DNA of 64,000 bases, taken from NCBI RefSeq assembly GCF_006345805.1, contig NC_042997.1, positions 4,216,001-4,280,000 of the forward strand, given 5' to 3'. Under the pieces are notes generated by a model. The model worked only from the letters and a program-made list of their open reading frames with translations. It made no database searches and had not been told where the DNA came from. The first letter of the stretch is position 1. The number at the start of each line of letters is the position of its first letter. The DNA comes from Octopus sinensis. Taxonomy: Eukaryota. Below are positions 12,290 through 23,975 of this stretch, one piece after another. The position numbers and the translations under genes are program-made.

Positions 12290-12645
12290 TGACATCTGAC
12301 AACCTGAGCCCTCAGACTGCAAACTGCTTGATTTTCATGTGTGGGATACAGTTGAGCCAGAAACCAACAAAACTACTTGTAACACCGAAAAAGGAACTGA
12401 CGACAATAATTATGTCAGCATTCACCAACTTAAAGAAGGAGATCGTCCAGAAGAGTTGCAGGAGATTTTGAAGTCTTCTGGAAGCTGTGGTTGATGCCAA
12501 TGGAGGTTTTATTGAATACATTTACTGTTTAGTATTTCATAATATTTTAATGTAATTTTGGTATATATGACTGTTAAAATGAGATGTCAGTGATATTTTC
12601 ATATTTGCGCAATTTAGACGACTGTTTATTCACCGCACCCTGTAT
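12290..12645 (+). mobile_element. Tc1/mariner-superfamily (maT-like) transposase 3' fragment
   Basis: 'PSDCKLLDFHVWDTVEPETNKTTCNT...IMSAFTNLKKEIVQKSCRRF*SLLEAVVDANGGFIE' (SPDxNPLD motif, degenerate), ending 'ccgcaccctgta', a TA-flanked CAGGGTG-type TIR. Confidence 0.8.
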
Positions 12646-13289
12646 GTTATTCAGAAACATCACTGCTGTATTGACCTTTTGTGTTTTAATTACTTGGTGA
12701 AGAAAATGTGCCAATAAACTCAATAATGCGTGTTCCTCAATCAGGTTAATATTCTATTAAACGGCAACATTTCGAGATGAGAGGGCTGACATTCTCGCGA
12801 CAATGAAGCAGTCCTTATTATTAATGCTGTACTTGCAAACTTAAGCACAGCAAATGAAAAGAGTAGAAAAGACGAGTGGATTTGAAAAGACGGAGTGTTG
12901 ATAGAACAAGAACTACTCACTCAGCAGCAATAGAATACATAGTTACTCTATAAGACATAGTCTAGAATGTGTCTCAGTGTAGTTTGACGTGAGATTTATA
13001 CATTTACACGAACATTAAATGTGAGTACATAATATATAAATAATATATACATAATATATACATTAAATGTGAGTACATAATATATACATATGTATATACA
13101 ATTGCGTATAATCGCAATAAAGAAAAAATATTGAAATGAAAAACATTATATACATCACTACTTGTGTAATTTTTTTCTACTTGTGTATCTTATTCACATT
13201 GATATTACAAATAATTTCTTCAAACGAGTACGTCAAAGAAGATGCGTATGCAGTGTTTTGATTACTTATTTACTCATGCATTTGTTGCA

Positions 13290-13682
13290 GTTCTTTCAAC
13301 GCAGCTTGCTGGGGCACCACCTTAAAGGGTTTTAAAAGAAAAGATCGACCATAGGACTTATTGTTTGTAAGCCTAGTACATGTTCTAGCGGACTCTTATG
13401 CCTCACCGCTATGTTACGGGGACGTAAACACACCACCAACGGCTGTCAAGCAATAGCACAGTGACAAACATACACACACACATGCATGCAAACACAAACA
13501 CACACACACAACACACACACACAGAGGACCGTCTTCCTTCAGTTTCCGTCTCCTAAGTCCACTCTTAACGCTTTTGTCGGCCTGAGGCTGTAGGAGAAGG
13601 CATGTGCCCAAAGTTCCACGCAGTGTGACTAAACCCGGAACCTTGTGGTTGCGAAAGATGCTTATTACCACACGGCCACGCA
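13290..13682 (-). mobile_element. Composite SINE (tRNA/CORE-like head, internal (TG)n, 3' module)
   Basis: Reverse complement head 'gtggccgtgtggtaataagc...gggtttagtcacactgcgtggaactttgggcac', then a microsatellite at 13460-13525, then the same 3' module as 46030-46225. Confidence 0.8.
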
Positions 13683-14843
13683 AATATGTATTTTTTTTTG
13701 GGGGGGGGATAAATATATTCGTTTATAATGTATGCACTGAACCTTAGACCTCTTACACAATTTAAATTAATTGCGCATTTTTAATTGTTTCTATTACTCT
13801 GAAGCTCTGACTCACCCTCAATTTTTTTCCTTTAGTTGCCATCGATAGTTGGATATTTAAGTCAAGTAACACTAACAGGGATCGTTAAGAATTGTCAGTT
13901 ATTCATTACTACCAATAATGTAACAGCCAAACAATTCCAGGGTTGAATAACAGTCATAAGCATTAAATAATCCAAAAAATCTTTTATTTTGAAACTTTCT
14001 TATTAATTGTAGTGGTAGAATCTCCGTTGCATACTTGCAACAAGGTCACTAAGATAAATTCCAGTGCAATCCAATTTCAATTCAAGTACCAGTGCTTACT
14101 TTATAATTGCCGAACATGTGAAGCTATGCACCATTTATATTCAACTCACTACAGCAGATAAATTTGGGAATCCGATATCACTAGTTACTTTCCACTACCA
14201 ATGAGGGTCAATTTGTCTAAAGTATACGTAATAGTCACATTATTACACTTAAATTGGTAACATTCAACATCACCGAGCATATGTATTTGTTTCCCAAGGT
14301 ATTTTAGTCAACACTTAAAGCACATATTATTTTATTCCATTTTCGCTTAACTGCATATCACTTATTATATATATTTTATTTTTTAGTGCTATCAGTAAAA
14401 ACTGTCTTGCGTCTTTTGGACACTGTTAATCTCCGTTTGCGCCGATTTCGTTAGAAACGTACTATTCTAATATATTTACAGAGTTGAATTCGTATATCAC
14501 ACAATTATCAATTGAGGTGTGAGGAATGCGCACTTTCCAATTTCGGATGTCTTTTAACTGGATACACATACGATTAACTAGATTAACATGAACAATTTAT
14601 CGTTGATTTCCATTGAGAGATTTCGTTTGTTGTATGCGATCATATTTAGCAATAAATTAGACATTGTGTATGCGATCATATTTCGCAATAAATTAGTCAT
14701 TAGGTTTTTTTGAGAATTCAACAGCATGCTTCCCTAATTCCACTAACTATTCATGTACTTTTTACAACGCCAATTGGTAATCTCCAGGTAATTGTGTATA
14801 ACTGGTCAAAAACTATATAAATTTACATTTTGAATTTTAAAAT

Positions 14844-14877
<34 letters not shown>

Positions 14878-14980
14878 ATATATAATGGGAAGTTTATGAA
14901 AATAATCAAAAGACGAAGGCAGGTGGAGTACAAACAAACAATTGTATTAGTATGGCGCTCAGGAATATAAATAAAACAAG

Positions 14981-15018
14981 TCTTTTACGTTTCGAGCCTA
15001 CGCTCTTCAACAGAAAGA
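14981..15018 (-). ncRNA. Hammerhead-ribozyme-like motif (minimal type I topology, non-canonical core)
   Basis: Minus strand UCUUU-CUGUUGAA-GAGC-GUAG-GCUC-GAAAC-GUA-AAAGA. Stem I is UCUUU/AAAGA, stem II is GAGC/GCUC, stem III is the palindrome ACGU. PLE pLTRs are known to carry minimal hammerheads. Confidence 0.55.
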
Positions 15019-15249
15019 TACACAGAAAAGAAACACGGAGAGAAACAAGGAGAGAAAAAATGCGTGCAGAAGCTAGAGATTCAACATGGCGATCTGATTC
15101 TGGCCAGAAGTCAGAGATCAAACGTGAGACGCAAGAGCGAAAATAGGGGAGATAACAGGGTCAAATGACTTCGCCCCAACATAAAGGTGCGTGTGTGTAT
15201 GAGTGCGTATGAAAGGTCTGGACGTGTGTATGTATGTATGATGTGATGT

Positions 15250-15735
15250 GTTATGTCGTATGGTGTAGTGTAGAGAGAGGAGATGAGAGGGATGGTGATG
15301 GGGAGGGAGGAGAGGGGACGAGATGGGAGGAGGAGATGAGGGAGGAGATAAGGGGGAGAGGGAAGGAGAGAGGGGGAGGGAGAGAGAGAGAGGGGGAAGA
15401 GGGGGGATGAAAGAGGAGGGAGGAGGGAGAAGATGAAATGTGAGAGTGAGGAGGGTGAGATGAGAGGGGAGGGTGAGAGGGGGAGAATAAAGGAAAGGAG
15501 AAAAGGAGGGGGATGGGAAAGGAGGAGAGAGGAGGAGGGAGGAGAGAGAAGGGGAGTGCGGGAGCAGAGAGAAAGAGAGAAGGGGAAGAGGGAAGAAGAA
15601 AGACGAAAGATGATAGAGGAAAGAACAAGAGGGAAGAAGGGAAGAGGAGGGAAAGAGAGTAGGGGTGAAAGGATGAAGGACCGAAGAGAAGCAGGAGTCA
15701 GGCGGAGGTTAGATGAGGAAGGGGGGAGAGTTGAG
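15250..15735. repeat. Polypurine (G/A) low-complexity tract inside the PLE
   Basis: Almost pure G/A on +; source of spurious Pro/Ser/Leu and Glu/Arg/Gly ORFs. Confidence 0.9.
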
Positions 15736-15749
15736 ACCAAATGGCGTAA

Positions 15750-18503
15750 AAGAGCGAAGAGAGAAGATTAATCCCTGTTCACGGCGCAAACGGGAATCCG
15801 AACACAGACAAGTGTTGCAAGGAGTGACCGGTGGAGCACAAATAGCGTGAGACCGGTGTGTTGTTGGCAAGGCGGATGTCACGGAGGTGTTCCGCGAACC
15901 GGTCAGCCAAGCGGCGTCCCGTTTGTCCGATGTACAGGGAATGGCAGAGAGAGCAAGAGATGCAATAGATGATATTGCTGGATGTGCAGGTGAAGGATTT
16001 GATGAAGCGATAGGGTCGATGATGGGTGCCAGGGAGGAGGGTGGTGTTGGAGAGGTAAGGGCAAGTGTGGCAACGTGGGCGTGAGCAGGGGAACGAGCCA
16101 GGTTGGGAGGTAGGGTCAGGGAAGGAGCTGTGGACCAGAAGGTCTCGTAGGTTATAGGCTCGTTTGAAGGAGGGGAGGGGTCGGTTAGGGAAGAGGTGTG
16201 AAGTGGACGGGTCGGACTGGAGATGCCATAAAGCTCGAAGAACGGTGCGTTGGAGAGGTAGGGTCGTGGGGTGGTAAGTGAGGGGAGACTACATGGCGGG
16301 TTCGGGGTGAGAGAGCAGATGCACGGTCTACGGAACGTGCTCTGACAAGGGTGGTGTGGATAGTGGTGAAGGGGTATCCACGTAGGATGAAGTGACGAAC
16401 CATGCGTTGAGACTGAGTCTCAAAGTCATGGTCGTCACTACAGAGCCTACGTAGACGGAGGAATTGGGAATAGGGTATGGAAAGCTTTGTGTGTTTTGGG
16501 TGGGAGGAAGAGAAGTTTAGATATGAGTGTGAGTCTGTGTGTTTGTAGTGAATGGAGGTGGTAAGAGTGGAGTGATGAATGCTGACCGAAATGTTGACGA
16601 AGGAGACAGAGGTGTTGGAGATAGTGGAGGTGAAGTGGAGGGCAGGATGGAAGGATTGATCGAACGAGAGGAAGAAATCTAGATGTTCACGGGAGAGTGA
16701 GGTGGCACCGATAATGTCGTCAAGGTAAAGACCGTATAATTCGGGAGTGGGACCAGTGAAATTAGAGAATATTTGGGCCTCAACATAGCCAACGAACAGG
16801 TTCGCATAGTTAGGTCCCATTTGCGTTCCCATGGCCACTCCCGAGAAATTTTGGTAGAATTCGCCCGCGAACGAGAAGCAGTTAAGAGAAAGGACAAGTT
16901 AGGCCAGACGAATGAGTGTGGAGGTGTCGGGTTCGGGTTGAGGCGGAGGTCGAGAAAGTGTTGAAGTGCCCGCAGTCCTTCCTGGTGAGGGATGACGGTA
17001 TAGAGGCTCTGGATGTCCATTGTAAAAAGTATTTTAGAGGAGCCGGGAGGAAAGGAGAAAGAGTTGAACAGCCGGAGAGCATGGTTGGTGTCGTGGATGT
17101 TGGAGGGAAGAGGCGCCACTAAAGGGGCAAGAACACGGTCGAGGTATTTTGAGATGAGTTCCGTGGGGCAGTTGCAGGCGGAGACAATGGGGCGGCCAGG
17201 GTTGTTGGGTTTGTGGATTTTGGGGAGGAAGTAAATGGTGGGGGTGCGTGGGGTTCGCACAATTAGGTTGGATGTGGTGTAGGGGAGACGGGAGGACGAG
17301 ATGAGGTCCTGGACAGTAGGGGATTTCGTCTGTTGGTAGCTACGTGTGGGGTAAGAGGACAGAGGGGAGTAGAAGGAGGTGTTATTCAATTGGCGGAGAG
17401 CCTCTGCCCTGTAGAGGGCCGCGCGCCACACCACCACAGCTCCACCCTTGTTAGCCGGTTTGATGATAACGTCAGCGCGCCGTTGGAGGGAACGAAGAGC
17501 CGAGAGCTCGGCCGGGGAGATGTTGAGGCTGCGGTGGCGCCTGGAGAAGTTGAGCCGCTCCAACGCACACTGACAGGCGCCCGCGAAAAGATCAACTGCT
17601 AGGAACTGGCCGGGGGCAGGCGTCCATGGGAATAGTCGGCGGCCCACGTCAGTGAAGCAGTCCTCATCGTTGGATGCGTTTGGTGAGTCGCGGAAAAACA
17701 CACCCAACCGGACGCGGGGCTGAAAGCTGTGGACATCAGCTCGTGTCTGGAATTCCTTACAGGATGGTGTGAGGGGGATGAAACGCAGACCCCTACCAAG
17801 GTCGGAGCGTTCCGCCGCAGAGAGTGGAAGATCAGGGGGAATGGTAACAACATACAGAAGTGAAGAAGGGGTGGATGAAATGGGAGTAGGAGTAGGAGGG
17901 GTGGTAGGACTGGTTGAGGTCTTAGTGGTAGGTATTGGGGAGGTGTTGGGAGGGACAGTGGCGTTAGGTGTGGGTGGGTGGAGCCTATCAGGAGGGGAGA
18001 AGGGTAGTGGAGGCGTTGGGGTGGTGGCGTCGGGTGTGGTGGAATAGAGGAGTGTTTGGAGTTTACGAAGTTTGGTATTGGAAAGAAATTGATGGAAGAG
18101 GTGATTCAAATAGATAATGAAGCGTAGCGTGTTTGGATCATGGAAAGGCGGCAGACAGGACAAAAATATGGAAAAAGCAGGAGGGAGGAGGCAGTCGATA
18201 GTAAGTAGTTTAGAGAGATTGGAGCGAATGGTGGCCCACATAAGGCGGTAAGATGTGGTGCGGAGTATGAGTAAGATGGAAGAAGCCGAGTGGAGAGCAG
18301 GGTGGAAATGGAGGCGGAAACCTTTAGGGATGAGTCGGTGATGTAGGCAGCGGCTTAGAAAAGAGACGTGGCTAGAGAAGCGGTTTTTTTTAAAGAGAAG
18401 CAGAGAGATTAATGGACGGCTGTAAGCAGTTTGGAGGGAGTAGGCGGAGGTTATCTTTCAAACGGTGGTGGATAGTGAGGAGATAGGATTTGTAATCCGG
18501 CAT
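15750..18503 (-). pseudogene. PLE polyprotein (N-terminal domain, reverse transcriptase, GIY-YIG endonuclease), interrupted by a few stops and frameshifts
   Basis: 'FLSRCLHHRLIPKGF', 'IIKPANKGGAVVVW', 'FLPKIHKPNNPGRPIVS', 'TMDIQSLYTVIPH', 'MAMGTQMGPNYANLFVG', 'LYLDDIIG', 'YKHTDSHSYLNFSSSHP', then 'RCHTCPY...CTSSNIIYCISCSLCHSLYIGQTGRRLADRFAEH'. ATG at 18501-18503. Confidence 0.92.
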
Positions 18504-19205
18504 GGTGGAATAGTGAAAAAAAAGAGAGGAGAAAAAAGAAAAAAAGAAAAAAAGGAGAAAAAAAGGGGAAAAAACAAACGTTTGCAAAAAACAAAAAAAA
18601 ACAATCGTTCGAAAAAATCTAGATGAAAAAGGCGGCAGGGGCAGAAAATAAAGGCGGAGATGATGTGACAAATGGAAAAAGGAAAGACAGAAAGGAAGCA
18701 GAGAGAGGGGGAGGCAAAAAGGGGGTGCTGGTAGAGGAAACAGAGTATGGACATCCAGGGAAGGAAGAAACGACAGAAAGGAGGACAAAAAATGCAGGAA
18801 ATTGTGGAAAGTATGAAATGAATGTAAAAAAAGATAATATAAGAGAAAATAAAATAAAACGAACGGGACAGTTTATACGAACAGTTCAAGGTTGAGAGTT
18901 CAAGATAAAAAAAAGTGTATATACGTCGTGGTATATTTTTTAAGGAATTCACATCAATAACAAAGTCACTTTGATCCGTGAAAGAGAGGTGCGGCCAGTG
19001 GTAAGTATCCAGGAGGTGAAGAAAATCCAATGCAGAGGTAAGAGTTGAAAGTGGTGTTGGTAGAATATAGGATGAAAGTGAGACCACATGAGCGCGTAAT
19101 ATATAGCGGGAAGTTTTATGAAAATAAACGTAAGACGAAGGCGGGTGGAGTACAAACAAACAATTGTATTAGTATGGCGCTCAGGAATATAAATAAAACA
19201 AGTCT

Positions 19206-19370
19206 AAAAGCTGTTACTCAGAGTTACACTTTCCCGTTCGTCGAACGTGAAACTCTGAGTAACAGCTTTTGTTATATTTCTGCTGCTTTTAAATAAAACA
19301 TATTACTCTTCTCTGGTATTTGAGTACTCTTTTTTCCACCATGTTTCATATTTATGTGCTTACTCCGGTA
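19206..19370. mobile_element. Short repeat of another (probably PLE-terminal) family with a foldback 5' end
   Basis: Perfect 20-bp arms 19206-19225 and 19251-19270, followed by unique-looking sequence ending 'ttactccggtac' at a TA microsatellite. The family assignment is inferred. Confidence 0.45.
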
Positions 19371-19390
19371 CATATATATATTTATATATA

Positions 19391-19435
<45 letters not shown>

Positions 19436-19436
19436 C

Positions 19437-19503
<67 letters not shown>
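19370..19503. repeat. (TA)n + (AG)n microsatellite
   Basis: Directly visible. Confidence 0.95.
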
Positions 19504-19505
<2 letters not shown>

Positions 19506-20126
19506 CATATATACAAATTTACCTTTTGAATTTACGCAAAAATTAAACTTGTATCTTAAGTGTATTAGTAAAATATTTTATTAACGTATTTCATTTGCAC
19601 AATCCCCGTTGTATTTCAATGCAATTTTTTCATTATCAAAACTATGGGAAAAACTATGATTATACTTTGTTGAAACAACGAAAATTAGAGAATATATCAT
19701 CGGATGAACTAATCTTGCGTTATTAAATATTAATCATTGTACTCTTATTTAAAAATAAATCTGCTTCTTTCAAAGAAACGTATTTATACATATAGAGTTA
19801 CCATTACCCTTAAAGTGTTAACGTTAAATTATGTATTTTTATGTGGATGATATCTCCCAAAATATTTTCCAAGTCATATAATTTGTGCCGGCTATGTTTG
19901 TTTTTGTGTTCAACGCTATCTGCATTTGCAATATGGTGATCATTTCATGTCACTTATTAAGTGAAAGCGTATATAAATATGAATATTGCTCTACCCATTG
20001 TAAGCAGAATTCCTTTACCTAATTCCATTGAATAGAATGCTTTTTTTTTACTCATTGACAGCTTAATTATGTCTAGGTAAATTATTTGCATTGAATGCAT
20101 ACATACATATGCACACATACATGCAT

Positions 20127-20166
<40 letters not shown>

Positions 20167-21196
20167 ATGTATATATATATATATATATATATTTACATAC
20201 ATACATACATTTTAAAGGTTTTGGTATATGAATTCATAAGAGCAGATGTACATCAGCTCGTAGGGATTCAGAAATTGTTAGGTGCCAAAGAGCTGACATT
20301 GAAATAAACAAGACTGAATATATTCAGCGTTTGCTAGGGTACTCTAAATATGTAATTTAAATTGGAATAGAATTTAAACCATAAATCCGACTGAGAGTTG
20401 GGATTTTGAATTTTGGTCAAGGAATGTTTTATCGATGAAAGCAAATTATGTTTGAAGTTTATGGTAAAAGTTTCCGCAGAAATTTCATTAATTAATGCAG
20501 TCATAAAATATTGCATCATACTATGTATAATCCCCAGTAATCACGTAAAATTTTTAAATTGAATCCCTGCAAAATTTCAGTCAACTGGTCGGATAGGTAA
20601 TGGGGACTTTTGAGACAAGAGATCAAGAAGTCAGTTTGACCCTGTGGATGACTTCTGCTCGCAACTGTGGTCACCACATAGAACCAGGCTAACACTGGAG
20701 CTTAAAATGATATATGGTCATTTCATTAAAAATTTGTGACATTGCAGCTATGAGAGAAAGCCTGAAAAAATATGACTCAACTCCTTGCAGTGAAGACGCG
20801 AAACTTATGTAATCTACATATGGAAATCTACATATATAATCTACAGTTACCTACATATGAAAAATTATGGAGGGGCTATTAGTTAATTTCAGCACAGAGT
20901 GTTATAGAAAAAACCCTAAATAAACATCATTATATTTTACCAAACGAATCGTCTACCTCATCTAAGGAACTTCTAAGATGTGATAATGGATGTTTTTCAA
21001 AACTAAACTGAACATTTTCCTCTCCACCATACTGGACAAATAAACGCCCGGGATACAGATACAGATGAGGTCAGTAGTTCCAAACTCTATCATACATATT
21101 AATGATGATACAAATTCCTAACATCCCGAACCAATCAAGCAAATTTAATTTGGAATAAGACAGTGGTGCTCCAGCATGACTGAAGCAGATAATTAT

Positions 21197-21273
<77 letters not shown>

Positions 21274-21280
21274 ATATATA

Positions 21281-21310
<30 letters not shown>
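21197..21310. repeat. (TATC)n + (TA)n microsatellite
   Basis: Directly visible. Confidence 0.95.
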
Positions 21311-21311
<1 letters not shown>

Positions 21312-21459
21312 AACCCACCCAGACACATTTATTTAACACTTGGTCAAAAACTAATACAACTAAAACAGCGAACAACAACAGTCCTCGTCACCCTCATATA
21401 TTCTCCAAAAATATAGCTAGCACTCCTGTACCTAAATACTTGGCATTGCACCCAGATAC

Positions 21460-23620
21460 CCTAAAAAGCGGTGGATGCTCTATTCTGTGTTACACATCCC
21501 CATTCTCAATTAACGTTATGAATTTAACTAAATCCTTCTTTAAAATACTAGACTCTAAATTCTCTCGGGAACATAAATATCATTCTATCTTTAATCGATC
21601 CACCATGAACCTATCTTATTCTACCCTACCGAACGTCGAATCTATTGTTGCAGCCTCTAATAAGCAAAAGCTTTCTCTTTACTATCTAAACTCACACAAT
21701 TACAACTTTGGTCATTCAAACATTCAACACACACACAGCTCCTGCACGGATGCCCTTACATTAGACCAAAACCACAGCCCAAACCATCCTTCTGACACTG
21801 CCCGGACCACCACAATCTCTACCACCCTTACAAATAGTACAATTAATAAAAACCATAGTAATGATAACAATGATGGTAATGATAACGTTAATAATATTAA
21901 TCATCCAGAATGTTCTACCCCCTTCTCAAATATCTACTCTCACGACATTACCTCCTCCATTCCTTATCACATTCTTCAAAATTCACCTAATTGTAACTGC
22001 CGTCCTGGAAACATCTCTCCCTTACACACCCATTGCAGAAGGTATAATGTAAGTAACATATGCATTGTCCTTAATCTACTACACAACTCTACAGCTATAT
22101 ATATATAGGATCAACCAAAACTTTTAAGCAACGATATGCCGCTCAGCCCCTTTCCTTTAGATATGATAAACATAGTAAACCTACAACACTCACCAACCAT
22201 ATACATCATCTCAAAATTACAAAAATACCCTATACTCTATCGTGATCCATACTGGATTCATTGATTCCCTACCGATTCAACGCTCAACCTGAAAGCTTTG
22301 CCTGAACGAGGCACTTCACATGTTAAAGAACAACTCTCCAGCACAGCTAAGTAAACACAATGTGGCACTAAGCACATGCAAATCCTCTTTTTACATACAT
22401 TCAAACTCTACCAGAAATTCAATTGCCTAAATGTCCATACAGTATATTTCCACAATACACGTTAGGTATTGTCAATAACCTTACAAATCTATATTTTAAC
22501 TCCTAGTCCATATCTAATTCCTCTTTCATACTGGAATATCACAACCATCTAATTATAATCGTGTGAATATGCGTGCATGCATATGTCCGTGTCTATGTAT
22601 GTGTGTGTATGTGTTTATGTGTGAATGTATGTATGTATGCAATGAATATACACCTGCGTGTGCAGGTGCGATGATACAAACATATACACATATTTATGGT
22701 TATGAAGGGTATATATACATAGGAATATGATTTATATGCGTAGATGCTGATATGTATAAATATCTGTATGTATGTATGTATATATATATATATATGTGTG
22801 TGTGTTTGTTTAATATATGCAAATGTACACATCTTTACATATGTATTTTTCTTCTACTAAGCACTGCCCTGTCAAGCCAACCTATTCTATATTCCCAAAT
22901 TCTACATTCCACCATATTACTACCTCAACTCATCTCTCTCTGCCACACTACTTACGCTCTATCACTACATACCTGGCACTCCTTTCCTTTTTACACTCTT
23001 ATACCTCCCTCTCTCTCTCTATTACCCCATTCTTTCTCTCTTAGACTCCTTTACACTTTACCCTATCATCTTTTTACAAGTCTCATACTTTTCTCTCTCT
23101 ATCACCCTCACATCCCCATTCCTACTATCAATTTATCTTGACTGACCGCCAAATTTCCAAATGTCCCTCTCTTCATCTCTTTACTATCCCTCTCCTTGAT
23201 TTTTTCTTCTTTTTTCTGTATTTCTCTCTTCCTGTTTTCAATTTGACCTTACACATACATTCCCTGCTTTTATGGCACTTTAAATAAACCCTCGATTCAA
23301 TAGCATTTTGTATAATCTCTATACTTGGAACGACCAATTTTAAATACTAATGGAAATTACTCACAAGGTATTGGAAATTTACATGTATACCATTCTACTT
23401 AAATAATAGATCTAGAAATGCAATATCCCTGCATATCTCACATCTACTCTCATTCCTCTACTTCACTCTTTATTTCAGATCTAATCTAAAGTAACTATTA
23501 CTTAACCATTTTCTCACGCCGACTACGATGAAGGGATATATAAAATATCCCGGAAACAGCTGTAAGACTTTATATTTAGAAATCTTCTAAATTCTTCACG
23601 GCCTTTGTTTTTATCGAATT
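21460..23620 (+). mobile_element. 5'-truncated Penelope-like element (linker, GIY-YIG, pyrimidine-rich 3' region, terminal repeat)
   Basis: 'YTSPFSINVMNLTKSFFKILDSKFSREHKYHSIFNRSTMNLSYSTLPNVESIV', 'NCNCRPGNISPLHTHCRRYNV', then after a shift 'YIGSTKTFKQRYA...SFRYDKHSKPTTLTNHIHHLK'. Hammerhead-like motif at 23523-23566. Confidence 0.85.
23523..23566 (+). ncRNA. Hammerhead-like motif, degenerate (second type)
   Basis: ACGAUGA-A-GGGAUAU-AUAAA-AUAUCCC-G-GAAAC-AGCU-GUA-AG: 7-bp stem II and palindromic ACAGCUGU stem III. The first core bases deviate from CUGA. Confidence 0.45.
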
Positions 23621-23622
23621 CC

Positions 23623-23624
<2 letters not shown>

Positions 23625-23684
<60 letters not shown>

Positions 23685-23702
23685 AGAGAGAGAGAGAGAG
23701 AT

Positions 23703-23762
<60 letters not shown>

Positions 23763-23765
23763 ATA
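23625..23765. repeat. (TA)n/(AG)n/(GATA)n compound microsatellite
   Basis: Directly visible. Confidence 0.95.
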
Positions 23766-23789
23766 GATTGCTAGCTAGCTAGATGTATA

Positions 23790-23975
23790 TATTGAGAATT
23801 TACGAAAAAGCAAAAGACGAGGATAGGTGTGTAAACAACAAACAGATGTATCACCTTAACGCTCGGGAAGTGGGAATAACTTTTACGTTTCGAGCCTACG
23901 CTCTCCGACTGAAAGGAACACAGAAATAAACAAGGAGAGAAAATAGAAAAAGGTTTAGTGGCTAGCGATCTATCG
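23790..23975 (-). mobile_element. Solo pLTR-like short element related to the 14905-15060 repeat
   Basis: Shares 'gagcgtaggctcgaaacgtaaaag' and downstream 'tgtttgtt...cacct...cgtcttttg' with the PLE terminal repeat. Confidence 0.75.

Larger units (their letters stand above)
14905..19205 (-). mobile_element. Near-full-length Penelope-like retroelement with terminal direct repeats (pLTR)
   Basis: A direct repeat of about 75 bp at ~14909-14983 and ~19131-19205 brackets an RT + GIY-YIG coding region in PLE order. Confidence 0.93.

Noticed and set aside
15111-15771. Long Pro/Ser/Leu and Glu/Arg/Gly ORFs
   Set aside because: They arise from a stop-free purine tract inside the PLE.
16185-18241. 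Telomerase, group II intron or retron RT
   Set aside because: Motif set, downstream GIY-YIG and terminal direct repeats fit a Penelope-like element.
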